Source: an uncultured delta proteobacterium
GTDB taxonomy: Bacteria; Desulfobacterota; Desulfobacteria; Desulfobacterales; JAFDCJ01
Reading direction: 5' to 3'
DNA: 64,000 nucleotides
Assembly: GCA_963769935.1 (NCBI GenBank)
Contig: CAVYNY010000014.1
Span: 32,001-96,000, forward strand
Position 1 is the first letter of the stretch. Every line of letters begins with the position of its first letter. The notes below the pieces were generated by a model. It was not told the origin of the DNA and did not search any database. It saw only the letters and a list, made by a program, of their open reading frames with translations. The position numbers and the translations under genes are program-made. Positions 1 through 9,501 of the stretch are shown in pieces.

Positions 1-2
1 GA

Positions 3-374
3 AAGACACGGCCCATCCGGCGCGAGATCAAAAAAACCGGCGAATCGCCGACATATAAAAGCGAGCTGTTTCAAAAGCTGCTGGAATATTACGAAGCCGC
101 TGAATTTACCTTCGCCGAAAAAGTCAGTGAGCTGCTCAGAAGAGAATCCGCGACTCCGGATATCATCGAGACCGTCATGTCCTCCATCAATATCATGCAG
201 GAGCGGATCACCCGCATCAATCTGGCGGTCGAACCGCCTGACGTGTTAATCCAGCCGCACCTCGGGCAGCTGAAGATGATGGACTTCGACCAGGTCGAAC
301 ACACCATCGAAGAAGGTCATGCCGCCGTCAAAGATAAAATTGAAGAAATTAAAAGGCTGCTCGAACCGATATAA
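3..374 (+). CDS. Patatin-like phospholipase (RssA-type), C-terminal part; 5' end lies outside the window
   Basis: Frame is open from position 3 to TAA at 374. The tail 'PDIIETVMSSINIMQERITRINLAVEPPDVLIQPHLG..MDF' resembles RssA C-termini. Confidence 0.75.
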   Translation, partial: KTRPIRREIKKTGESPTYKSELFQKLLEYYEAAEFTFAEKVSELLRRESATPDIIETVMSSINIMQERITRINLAVEPPDVLIQPHLGQLKMMDFDQVEHTIEEGHAAVKDKIEEIKRLLEPI

Positions 375-474
375 GTATGTGCCGGAGATATCAAAGGGGG
401 GAAAAAGTGCGCAGAGGCGGCATGCAGGATACCGACCGGCTTCCCCACCTGCCCGATGGCAGCGGACGCTTTTT

Positions 475-819
475 TTATTCTTCGGCCTCGGCTGCCGCGG
501 CGGCGAGTTTCTTTTCCCTTTTGGCTCTTTTTTTCGTCGGATCTGTATCGGTTCGCTTATGCTTTGGTGCATCAGTCTGCGGCGCGCTTAATTTCTCAGC
601 CTTAATTTCAGCCCGCTGTGCGATCTCCGATTCCAGTTTTACAATATCTGCCAGTTGATACCCTGCCTTGCGTATCTCGGCCCTAAAGTGCTTTACGGTT
701 GGATCCTTTTTAATTCGGTCATGGGGCATTGCCCTTGTTTTGAGGAATTCCAGGCGGGCGGCCAACTTGCTCGCAGCCAGGTTCTTATGGTTTTCGATAT
801 ATGTTTTTTTATTCAGCAT
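475..819 (-). CDS. Hypothetical basic coiled-coil protein (114 aa)
   Basis: ATG preceded by AGGAGA RBS; sigma54-like promoter upstream; Lys/Ala-rich. Confidence 0.8.
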   Translation of the reverse strand: MLNKKTYIENHKNLAASKLAARLEFLKTRAMPHDRIKKDPTVKHFRAEIRKAGYQLADIVKLESEIAQRAEIKAEKLSAPQTDAPKHKRTDTDPTKKRAKREKKLAAAAAEAEE

Positions 820-899
820 GATCCGGTTCTCCTTTATATTGGGGTCTATACATTGATCACAGCTTGTGTGCTTAGCTCATCGAGAAAAGCAAAGTTAAA

Positions 900-915
900 A
901 GCAAAATGTGTGCCA
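900..915 (-). promoter_or_regulatory. sigma54 (-24/-12) promoter
   Basis: Minus strand reads TGGCACACATTTTGCT, matching TGGCAC-N5-TTGC, about 80 nt upstream of the 819 start. Confidence 0.75.
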
Positions 916-1341
916 CAAACATTTTCGATGTATTTACCGGATGATAGCAATTTTCCGTCAAATAACATGCGAACCGGTTGTTCCGCATTTCAGGTTCGCG
1001 GTTGACCCGAAACGGCCGGAGTTGTCGTTTTTCATCATAGCTATTTGATATTGTTTCCTATATTTTTTAAACCTGAGAAGAATTCTGAAGTCCGACCGAT
1101 AAGAAATCCCTGTTCTGATTATTTTGAAATTTCTTGCTCCTTGTTGCAGCCGGAAATGCAGATTGAAGCCGCCCGGCGAAACCTGAAATGCAGACCTGCT
1201 GATTCTACCGGCCCTGCAGCCGGCATTTCGCAGCCAAAATCCTGCTGCGCCGGGCAAGGTCCTTGACACTTAAGCGAAATCAATCAATATTATAAATCCA
1301 AATCAAGCCATTAAATTTTTGATCAGAATATATAAGTAAAC

Positions 1342-3144
1342 ATGATCTTAAAAATCAGCAACCTTATCGTCGCGTTTAGAACCTACACCGGTGTCAGCCA
1401 TGCGGTCGACGATATATCCATTTCATTAAGCCGGGGAGATACGCTCGGCATTGTTGGCGAGTCCGGTTCGGGAAAATCAACCACCGCCCTGGCAATCATG
1501 AATCTTCTGCCGACGCCCGCCGGCAGGATCGAAGAGGGACAAATCTGGTTCGCCCTGGGAGGCCGGGAAATAAACCTGGTGCAGTATCCCCGCCGCAAAA
1601 TGCAGTCATTGCGGGGCGACCATATCGCCATGGTGTTTCAGGATCCGATGAGTTCCCTCAACCCCGTGTTTCGCTGTGGCGACCAGATCATGGAGACCAT
1701 TTTGCGGCATCAGAAGGTTTCCAAAGCAGAGGCCCGCAAAAAGACGGTCAATCTGTTTCGCGAGGTCGGACTTCCCAGGCCCGAAGAGATGTTCTTTCGC
1801 TACCCTCACCAGCTTTCCGGCGGTCAAAAGCAGCGGGTCATGATTGCCATGGGATTGAGCTGCAACCCGGATATCTTGATTGCCGACGAACCGACCAGTG
1901 CCCTGGATGTCACCGTCCAGAGCTCAATTTTGTCCCTGCTGAACGACCTTCAAAAAAATCGCAGGATGTCCATCATCTTCATCTCGCATGATCTTGGTGT
2001 GATTGCCGAAGTGGCCGACTATGTGGCCGTCATGTACCGGGGTAAAATTGTTGAGCACGCCCCGGTTTGGGATATCTTTGCCAACCCGAAGCATCCGTAT
2101 ACAAAGGGACTGATGACTTGCCGCCCGCCGCTGAAATATCGTGTCAAGCATCTGCCGACCGTAACGGATTTTATGGAAGAAAAGACGGATGCCGCCGGCA
2201 ATTGGATTATTACCGAAAAAGTTCACACCTCCGTAGAAGAGATGCTGCTCCGTTCAATCGAGCCCCTTGAGGCGCACAAACGCCGTCTGCAACACCTGAT
2301 GCAGCATCCTCCCCTGCTGGTCGTCAAAGGATTGAAAAAATACTTTGCCCACACCAGTAAATTCCTGAGCCGCCGGGAAACGGTTACCCGGGCTGTCGAC
2401 GACGTGTCCTTTGAAGTCTATCCGGGCGAAACCCTGGGCGTTGTGGGAGAATCGGGCAGCGGTAAAACCACCCTGGCGAGCACGATTCTGCGGCTCAAAG
2501 AGCCCACGGACGGTCAGATCTTTTTTAAGGGGCTGGACCTTATCCAGCTGTCATCAAAGCGTCTGCGCCGGTTACGGCGGCAGATCCAGATTATTTTCCA
2601 GGATCCGTATTCCTCCCTGAATCCCCGCATGACGGTCGAAACCGCCCTTGTCGAACCGTTGCGGGTGCATGGAATTTTTAAAACGAAACGGGAACGCGTG
2701 GATAAATCCGTCGAAATTTTAGAGTTGGTCGGATTGGCGTCATCTCATCTCAAGCGGTTTCCACATGAGTTTTCAGGAGGCCAGCGTCAACGCATCTGCA
2801 TCGCGCGGGCCTTGATTGTGGAACCGGACCTGCTGTTCTGCGACGAGGCCGTCTCGGCATTGGATGTATCCATCCAGGCCCAGGTCTTGAATCTTCTCAG
2901 TGAGCTGAAACGAAGATTGAATCTGACCTACATCTTCATTTCCCACGATCTGGCGGTCGTTAAATTTATGAGCGATCGAATTATGGTGATGAACGACGGA
3001 AAAATCGAAGAGATCGGCCCCGCGGAGGATATCTACAATCATCCGCGGCGGGAGTATACCAGAAAACTGATCGCGGCGACCCCCGAAGGCGGTTTGGAAG
3101 ACATCCGGCGGCAGCAGGACAGGCGCCGGCGGCAGGCGGTTTAA
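1342..3144 (+). CDS. ABC transporter ATP-binding protein with two fused ATPase domains (peptide/nickel/glutathione family)
   Basis: Two Walker A motifs (GESGSGKS/T), two signatures (LSGGQ, FSGGQ), and HPYT oligopeptide-transporter motif. Confidence 0.95.
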   Translation: MILKISNLIVAFRTYTGVSHAVDDISISLSRGDTLGIVGESGSGKSTTALAIMNLLPTPAGRIEEGQIWFALGGREINLVQYPRRKMQSLRGDHIAMVFQDPMSSLNPVFRCGDQIMETILRHQKVSKAEARKKTVNLFREVGLPRPEEMFFRYPHQLSGGQKQRVMIAMGLSCNPDILIADEPTSALDVTVQSSILSLLNDLQKNRRMSIIFISHDLGVIAEVADYVAVMYRGKIVEHAPVWDIFANPKHPYTKGLMTCRPPLKYRVKHLPTVTDFMEEKTDAAGNWIITEKVHTSVEEMLLRSIEPLEAHKRRLQHLMQHPPLLVVKGLKKYFAHTSKFLSRRETVTRAVDDVSFEVYPGETLGVVGESGSGKTTLASTILRLKEPTDGQIFFKGLDLIQLSSKRLRRLRRQIQIIFQDPYSSLNPRMTVETALVEPLRVHGIFKTKRERVDKSVEILELVGLASSHLKRFPHEFSGGQRQRICIARALIVEPDLLFCDEAVSALDVSIQAQVLNLLSELKRRLNLTYIFISHDLAVVKFMSDRIMVMNDGKIEEIGPAEDIYNHPRREYTRKLIAATPEGGLEDIRRQQDRRRRQAV

Positions 3145-3165
3145 GTGATCACCGGGAGGCGAGTG

Positions 3166-3265
3166 AAGAATTCCGGCCCGGAAGGCCAGGCTATGACTTC
3201 GCCCCAGCTTCCGGCTCGCAGAGCCTACCGCTTGGAGAGAGGGGGCATCAGGTTTTCAAGGTTGG
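3166..3265 (+). repeat. Modular dispersed intergenic repeat, copy A (both inserts present)
   Basis: Shares ends AAGAATYCCGGCCC...CAGGTTTTCAAGGTT with 24064-24130 and 36250-36313. Confidence 0.8.
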
Positions 3266-3433
3266 GATAAATGGATATCCCGATACTGCAGATATTGCTC
3301 AAGCGTTCAGTTTTTCGGAAACGTTGACATCCGTCCTTTTATAGTTACATTCAACCGAGTCGGAATTAAACGGCCACAAATAATTAAAAGCGACCGGCCG
3401 GCGTGACGGGCCGAATTGCAAGGGGGGTTATCA

Positions 3434-4015
3434 ATGAAAGCAGGCGTATTTAAGATATCGGGCAAATTACTGCAATCAATTCGGCTTCTGCTGCTGGTTT
3501 TGCTGATCAGTGCCCTGTTCTCCGGTAATTTATTCGCTAAAACCGCCAAGGAAATCGATGCCAGCGTGGATGTTGCTATCCAACGTTTTTATAAGCAGGT
3601 TCCAGGCGCCGGGGAGTATGTAAAGGCAGCCAAGGGCATGCTGGTTATGCCGAATGTTATAAAAGGGGCTTTTATCATCGGCGGCGAGTATGGCGAAGGC
3701 GCCCTTCGAATCGGCGGAAAATCAGTCGCTTATTACAATACCATCTCCGGCTCCATCGGTTTTCAGATTGGAGGCGAATCCAAGGATATCATCCTTTGTT
3801 TCATGACGGATGCGGCGCTCAATAAATTCAGAGCCAGCAGAGGATGGGAAGCCGGTGTGGACGGCAATGTTGCCTTAATCACTGTCGGCGCCGGTGAGCG
3901 GGCGGATACAACGACCTCCCAAGACCCCATTGTCGGCTTCGTATTTGACGCCAAGGGTCTCATTGCCGACATCTCTTTGAAAGGGGCAAAGTTTACCAAA
4001 TTGGATAAACAGTAA
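3434..4015 (+). CDS. Exported SYLF/Ysc84-type lipid-binding domain protein
   Basis: Signal peptide followed by motifs 'KGAFIIGGEYGEG', 'SIGFQIGG' and 'GLIADISLKGAK'. Confidence 0.9.
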   Translation: MKAGVFKISGKLLQSIRLLLLVLLISALFSGNLFAKTAKEIDASVDVAIQRFYKQVPGAGEYVKAAKGMLVMPNVIKGAFIIGGEYGEGALRIGGKSVAYYNTISGSIGFQIGGESKDIILCFMTDAALNKFRASRGWEAGVDGNVALITVGAGERADTTTSQDPIVGFVFDAKGLIADISLKGAKFTKLDKQ

Positions 4016-4119
4016 TGGATCCGATACGCTCGTAAAGAGATATTTGAATACTTCGAAATTTACACCCAAATGCGCTGCTATCGGTTGATGATTCATTTTT
4101 AGCCTTGATCCTGGCGTTT

Positions 4120-4353
4120 TCAGCTCCGGTTTTTCCGGCTCCCTGCCTCCGCAGGAATGGCAGTCAGGATTGCCTTAACCCGCCCCACCTGTCCGTCTGT
4201 CAGCCGGACCTTGATACCGTGCGGATGACGGCCCGAGCGGGTCAGGATATCCTTTACCACGCCCCGGGTAAGCTTTCCGGTGCGCTGGTCCTTTTTCAGC
4301 ACGATGTCCACCGTCAGTCCGGGTTTTATATCTCCCCGATTTTTGCCGTCCAT
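4120..4353 (-). CDS. YwbE family protein
   Basis: 'MDG..R.DIKPGL.VDIVLKKDQRTGKLTRG.VKDILT.S..HPHGIKVRL.DGQVGRV' pattern. Confidence 0.9.
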   Translation of the reverse strand: MDGKNRGDIKPGLTVDIVLKKDQRTGKLTRGVVKDILTRSGRHPHGIKVRLTDGQVGRVKAILTAIPAEAGSRKNRS

Positions 4354-4365
4354 GATTTTCCTCAT

Positions 4366-5142
4366 TTAGAGCCAGATTGGGACACGGTTCTCCAAATAGG
4401 CGCGTTTGGCCTCTTCTGCATCCCCACTGAATTGCGCCCGTTGCTGAAGTTCATAGTAGTATTTAAGGAAGGCCTCAAAATCCATGTCAAAAGCCTTGTT
4501 GGTCGCCAGTTTGCTCATGCGGGTCCCCACGGAGCAGGCTGCCAGGTAGTCCCCGGCGACATTGTCGACCTGCTTGAAGAAATCCCCATCGGAAACGACG
4601 TGGTCCACCAGGCCGATTTGTAAGGCCTCATTGCCGCTGACATTTTGTCCGCCCAGAATCATTTTTTTGGCGCGCCCCCAACCGATATAGCGGGGCAGGC
4701 GCAACGTTGCCAGGCCCGGAATCAGCGATTCCTTAATCGCCGGCAGACCGATTTGACAATCTGCCGTGCTGACCCGGATATCGGCCGCCAAGGCCAGCTG
4801 CAACGCGCCGCCCAGGCAAAATCCGTGCATCCCCACAATTATCAGCTTTTCCATTGTTTCAAAAAGACGCAGCGCCGGCTCCCAGCGGTGGTGATAGAGC
4901 ATATCAATCCGGCCGGCGGCAAGCTCTTTGAGGTCGATGCCGGTTGAAAACGCCCGGCCTTCCCCCCGGATGACGGCCACCCGAACATCCGGGTCTTCCC
5001 TCAACGCCATGGCAATTTTATTGATCTGAACGGTACAGTCGTTATTCATGGCATTCAGATGGTCTTCCCGGGAAAATGTCACCCAGGCCCGCTTGCCCTC
5101 TTTTTCCAGGCGCATAAATTCAAATCTGAGTATTGTCTCCAT
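4366..5142 (-). CDS. Crotonase-superfamily protein, DpgC-like, lacking the canonical hydratase glutamates
   Basis: Motifs 'AFSTGIDL', 'GFCLGGALQL', 'LPAIKESLIPG'; GGAGG RBS before ATG at 5142. Confidence 0.85.
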   Translation of the reverse strand: METILRFEFMRLEKEGKRAWVTFSREDHLNAMNNDCTVQINKIAMALREDPDVRVAVIRGEGRAFSTGIDLKELAAGRIDMLYHHRWEPALRLFETMEKLIIVGMHGFCLGGALQLALAADIRVSTADCQIGLPAIKESLIPGLATLRLPRYIGWGRAKKMILGGQNVSGNEALQIGLVDHVVSDGDFFKQVDNVAGDYLAACSVGTRMSKLATNKAFDMDFEAFLKYYYELQQRAQFSGDAEEAKRAYLENRVPIWL

Positions 5143-5234
5143 GGCTTCCTCCTTGTTAATTTGAGATTTCAATCAATATAGATATCAAATAACGACAAAA
5201 TTTTTAACACCTTTTTGTTTCCGGCCGGCCCGGA

Positions 5235-6482
5235 TCAGGTTTGGCGGACCGGGTTTGAAATACCATCCGCCGCCAGCTGCTTTCCAACCCAGGCTATCAG
5301 GGGCAAAAGCCCGACGTAAAGGAACACCCCGACAAAATAGATAGCGCGGATGCCGTACCCCTCCGCCACCAGCCCGCTCATGAGCGGTGCCAGAAACCAG
5401 CCCGTGGAGCGGGCCGTAGCCGACCAGCCGAAAACCGCGCCGCGCTTTTCCGGCGGCGTCTCCTTTGCCAGCCAGGTCTGAAAGAGAGGATCCAGCCCGC
5501 CGGCGCAAAAAGTCATGCCAAAACGGGCAAATGCGATAAACAGAAATGTGGGGGCCAGTCCGTGGAAAAACATAAACAGACCGGCAACCAGGGCGGAGAT
5601 CTGGGCAATTCTGGGCGGTCGGAAATGATCGGCCAGGCGGCCGAAAACGATGCCGGCCAGAAATCCGGCCGCACTGCCGACGGCCGACAACGCCCCGGTC
5701 CAGAAGGCGGCGCCCTCCAGGGACCCCAGCATGTTCTGGATCAACAGGGGGAAAAAAGAGGTTTCGAATTGCCTTGCAAAGCCCATGGCCGCGACAAGGA
5801 TTAAAATGGGCCACACATGCCGCAAAGCGGAAAACAGCTTTTTGAGCGCCATCCCGGATACCGCCTGCTCAGCCGGCGGCCGGACAAAATTTTCTCTGGT
5901 GCCCAGAAAGATCAGCAGCCCCGATGCCAGCAAAAGAACGGCTGAGGCAAGAAAGACAAGCCGATAGCCGAAATACTCGGCGAACATGCCTCCCAGAAAG
6001 GTGCCGGCCATGCCCCCCGAATAAACGGCGGCGCTCAACGAGCCCAGCGCCATGCCGCTGCGCCTGGCCGGCGTATAGGCGGCTACCATGGCCTGGGCTG
6101 CGACCATGGTACCCGACAGCGCCCCCTGAAGCAGCCGCAGGATGATCAGGGTCTGGACATTGGGCACCAGACTCATGGCACAAAGAATGACGGCAGCACC
6201 GAAGTTGGCTCTCAAGAGCATCGGCCGGCGGCCGAAACGATCGGCCAGTATTCCCCAGATGGGGGAAAAAACGGCCAGCGTCAGAGGCGGTCCGGCGCCG
6301 AACATTGCCACCCAGAACTTGATCTGCGCGGGGTCGTGCACCCCCAGTTCCTGAATGTAATATGGCCCGAACGGCAGCGCGAAAAAGAACCCTGCCAGGG
6401 ACAGCAGCTGGGAGATCCAGATCACGGCGAAATTTGTTTTCCAGTTAATCGACTTCATTATACCTTGGTCCGGCCGGCCCAT
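5235..6482 (-). CDS. MFS transporter (MdtG/DHA1-like); start may be 6458
   Basis: About 12 hydrophobic segments and MFS motif A 'WGILADRFGRRPMLLR'. Confidence 0.92.
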   Translation of the reverse strand: MGRPDQGIMKSINWKTNFAVIWISQLLSLAGFFFALPFGPYYIQELGVHDPAQIKFWVAMFGAGPPLTLAVFSPIWGILADRFGRRPMLLRANFGAAVILCAMSLVPNVQTLIILRLLQGALSGTMVAAQAMVAAYTPARRSGMALGSLSAAVYSGGMAGTFLGGMFAEYFGYRLVFLASAVLLLASGLLIFLGTRENFVRPPAEQAVSGMALKKLFSALRHVWPILILVAAMGFARQFETSFFPLLIQNMLGSLEGAAFWTGALSAVGSAAGFLAGIVFGRLADHFRPPRIAQISALVAGLFMFFHGLAPTFLFIAFARFGMTFCAGGLDPLFQTWLAKETPPEKRGAVFGWSATARSTGWFLAPLMSGLVAEGYGIRAIYFVGVFLYVGLLPLIAWVGKQLAADGISNPVRQT

Positions 6483-6673
6483 GCCGGGTGCGCCCGCCGG
6501 GGTTTTATCACTTGAAACATATCGAACGGCGATCAGCTATCACACCGCGCGGCGGCGGTCAAAGCCAATAATATAAAACAGCAGGTGGCGGCGAACAACA
6601 TGAAATTACTGCTTGAAAATTAAAATAAAGAGATTAATATGACCGAATATGACATTGAGAGGGTTAAAACAAA

Positions 6674-7438
6674 ATGAAATTCGCACGATTTGAGGTCAAT
6701 GGAAAAATATACAGTGGGATGGCGGAAGCTGAGGAGATTACCGTTATCAGGGGTTTCCTTTGGAACCGCTATGAAGTAACCGACCGGAAATATTCTATTT
6801 CGGAAGTCAGCTTTTTGCCCCCCGTACTTCCGACCAAGATCGTCTGCGTAGGGCAAAATTATCTGGGACATATCGAAGAGCTCGGGATGCCCGTACCAAA
6901 AGAACCGATCATTTTTTTTAAGCCGCCATCCTGCCTGATCGGTCACAATCATTCCATCATTTATCCGACGGATGCCAAGCGTGTTGATTATGAAGGCGAA
7001 CTGGCGATTATTATTAAAAAAGAAATGAGACATGTAAATGAAACCGACGCGTTAAATTTCGTGCTGGGGTATTCCTGCTTCAACGATGTTACCGAAAGAA
7101 ATATGGTTGGCAGCAACCCGTTCCTGTTGAGTCTGTCGAAGGGAATCGACACTTTCGGTCCATGCGGCCCGTATGTTGTTACGGACCTGGATCCGAACCG
7201 TCTCATGCTGAAAACGTTCCTGAACGGAGAGCTCAAGCAGCAGGACAACACCCGAAATTGTGTCTTCAGCATCCAGCAGGTTCTCAGCTACATTTCCAGG
7301 TATATAACGCTTCTTCCGGGAGATATAGTAACCACCGGCACCCCGCAGGGGATTGCCCCCATGCAGCCTGGGGATAAGGTTGAGGTTGAAATAGAAGGTG
7401 TCGGAAGTCTGCGAAATAGTGTCGTCGCGCAGGCTTAA
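6674..7438 (+). CDS. Fumarylacetoacetate hydrolase family protein
   Basis: Motifs 'KIVCVGQNY..H', 'DYEGEL', 'NDVTER', 'KG.DTF.P.GP', 'TGTP.G'. Confidence 0.95.
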   Translation: MKFARFEVNGKIYSGMAEAEEITVIRGFLWNRYEVTDRKYSISEVSFLPPVLPTKIVCVGQNYLGHIEELGMPVPKEPIIFFKPPSCLIGHNHSIIYPTDAKRVDYEGELAIIIKKEMRHVNETDALNFVLGYSCFNDVTERNMVGSNPFLLSLSKGIDTFGPCGPYVVTDLDPNRLMLKTFLNGELKQQDNTRNCVFSIQQVLSYISRYITLLPGDIVTTGTPQGIAPMQPGDKVEVEIEGVGSLRNSVVAQA

Positions 7439-8183
7439 AAAAGCTTACCGCCAGTTCTTTTTACTGTTCCTCGAAGACTTTGAAGCCGGCCTCGTATACG
7501 CTGATTTGTTCTCCCTGCACGGTTGGGACTTCCGACAAGCCCGATGACATTCGCATCCGATCCCGTTTCGCACCTCCCTTGGTATTGAAAATATTATACC
7601 GTCGGACCATCCGTACGACCTATATAAAAATAGCCGAAGGGAGTCAGGAAGGCCGGGAAAAGAGATGAATTAGGTGGAATTCGATCGATCCCTGGCGGAT
7701 TGCCGGATGGCTGTGAAATCGTCGAACTCGCGCTGCAGCTGCCCAAAATTTGGACAGCTTTGCGGCCCGATATATTTCTTCAATCAGCCATTGTTCCTGT
7801 TTGGGTTCGCGCAGCCATTTGCCCCCGTTGATCGAAAATCTCTTTTTCATATATCACTTCACGCAGAACAAAATCGCATGCAGGGGTCAACACCCGCCCT
7901 CCATCGCACGGATATTGCCGGCGCCGCCGTTCATGCGCATTCGGGTTTATAATTCTAAAAGATTATGGTGGATAATAATGGCGCTCCATTCGACCATAGG
8001 TTGCGGCAGTGTATAGGTACCATCGATGACTTTTTTAAGTCAAGATCCGGAATAGGCGTCAGGACCCTCGTCTGGATAAGGTTAATCAGGTAAAAGCAAA
8101 TCAGGCTAAAATGCGCAGCGTCAGGCAATGAACCCGTCGAATCTTCAGTCCAACAATTTTCTTCATCTTCAAAGAATAATCAG

Positions 8184-8219
8184 CAACCCTGAAAGCGCTA
8201 AATTTCAGGGCGGATTAAT
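8184..8219. repeat. REP-like palindrome (CCCTGAA-N10-TTCAGGG family)
   Basis: 30/36 identical to 24371-24406 by manual count. Confidence 0.7.
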
Positions 8220-8331
8220 TGTCTTTATTTCTTAACCGGTGGTGGAAACTGAAACCCGGATGCTTATATTGCACTTGAATTTGAATCGATTGGCAATGGG
8301 ATGAAAATCTGCAATTCAGAGGGAGATAATT

Positions 8332-8874
8332 ATGGATTTATTGAAAGGCTCGTTGATCTCCTGTGCGGCCGTGCCGGAGGCCGAAGTGCCGGAAGAAGAG
8401 ATCCGGTCGGCAATTGACTTTATCATGCACGATCGCGATTACGTGAAACGGGTGAAAAAATCCAATCTATTGGAGTTTACTTTTTTACCGCCCTACAATG
8501 GTCGCTGGCAGCCGAGGCCGATGAATACCCTGGACCGGTTTTTAAACGGAGAATGGAGAAAATGCAGCTGGGAGAAGTATGTTCAAAAGGAAAGGCAGCC
8601 TGTTTTTTCAATCGATAAAAACCCCGGCAGCCGCAGGTTGGTTTTCAAACGCCGATTGATCCTGGCTTTTCTCAGCGCGATTTTCGCAGATATCGCCTTG
8701 AGCTTTATTATCTGGCTGCTCATCATGATGGGATTTTCTTTCTTCGGCCTGGGCGGCAAGCTGGGTTCGCAGATCAATCCTTTGGGCCTGCTGATCGGAA
8801 GCTCCGTAATCCTGTTCTTTCTGCTGTTTTGGGGGTTTTTCGTATTTATCAAGCCCAAAAAAAATAAATTGTAA
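8332..8874 (+). CDS. Hypothetical membrane protein with two C-terminal TM helices
   Basis: GGGAG RBS; 180-aa ORF with hydrophobic C-terminus. Confidence 0.75.
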   Translation: MDLLKGSLISCAAVPEAEVPEEEIRSAIDFIMHDRDYVKRVKKSNLLEFTFLPPYNGRWQPRPMNTLDRFLNGEWRKCSWEKYVQKERQPVFSIDKNPGSRRLVFKRRLILAFLSAIFADIALSFIIWLLIMMGFSFFGLGGKLGSQINPLGLLIGSSVILFFLLFWGFFVFIKPKKNKL

Positions 8875-8970
8875 AACATCCCGCTGAAGCAGAGCCGGCT
8901 CTTCAATGCCGGGATACCCGACTGTTTTTTTCCCGAAAATCTTTTGTGAGGGATAGGATCGTGCAGCCCG

Positions 8971-9291
8971 CTATTTCTTAACCCCGTTCAGCAGCCAGGT
9001 ATTCGGCGGAACGTGACGTTCGAGAACCGCACACTCGCCGGGCGGCGGTTGATCCTCCGGCGGGCGGCCGGGAAACCAAATCCGGCATTTGCCGGGCGGG
9101 GGCATGTATTCGCGTGGGATAGTCTGGCGGCGCATTTGATAAGAGGGGGCCAGCTGCTTTTCCAGAGCCTCAATGCGGAGGTCTTCATCACCGGCTGCGC
9201 CTGATTTGGTTGTTGCGCATCCAGCCAGGATCAGGACAACGAGCAGCGCAAAACCGACAATCCCCGCCAAGCTTCTGCCATTTGCAGCCAT
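8971..9291 (-). CDS. Small lipoprotein with a Pro-rich Cys-containing C-terminal motif
   Basis: Lipobox LAGC; 'PPPGKCRIWFPGRPPEDQPPPGEC'; GGAGG RBS. Confidence 0.8.
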   Translation of the reverse strand: MAANGRSLAGIVGFALLVVLILAGCATTKSGAAGDEDLRIEALEKQLAPSYQMRRQTIPREYMPPPGKCRIWFPGRPPEDQPPPGECAVLERHVPPNTWLLNGVKK

Positions 9292-9501
9292 TTGATCCTC
9301 CTTTGGATCCCTATCCTATATCATACCCAGCGCCGTAAGTCATCCTTCATTCTGCGAGTATCCCCCCAACCTTCTCGGCGCCTTACCGTCCATATAAAAA
9401 TACCTCAGGCCGGCTTTTGATGTTGCCGACATCTTATGATAGAATATTCGAACCGGCATCAGGAAATTCAACGGATATTGAAAATAATAATGTTAAATAG
9501 A

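Noticed and set aside
985..1191. 12-bp inverted repeat GCATTTCAGGTT/AACCTGAAATGC about 190 nt apart, as a possible MITE
   Set aside because: Single occurrence, no target-site duplication seen and no second copy in the window.
7450..8030. Short minus-strand ORFs (7644-7850 and a possible frameshifted continuation)
   Set aside because: No recognisable family or convincing RBS; may be a decayed gene but cannot be supported.
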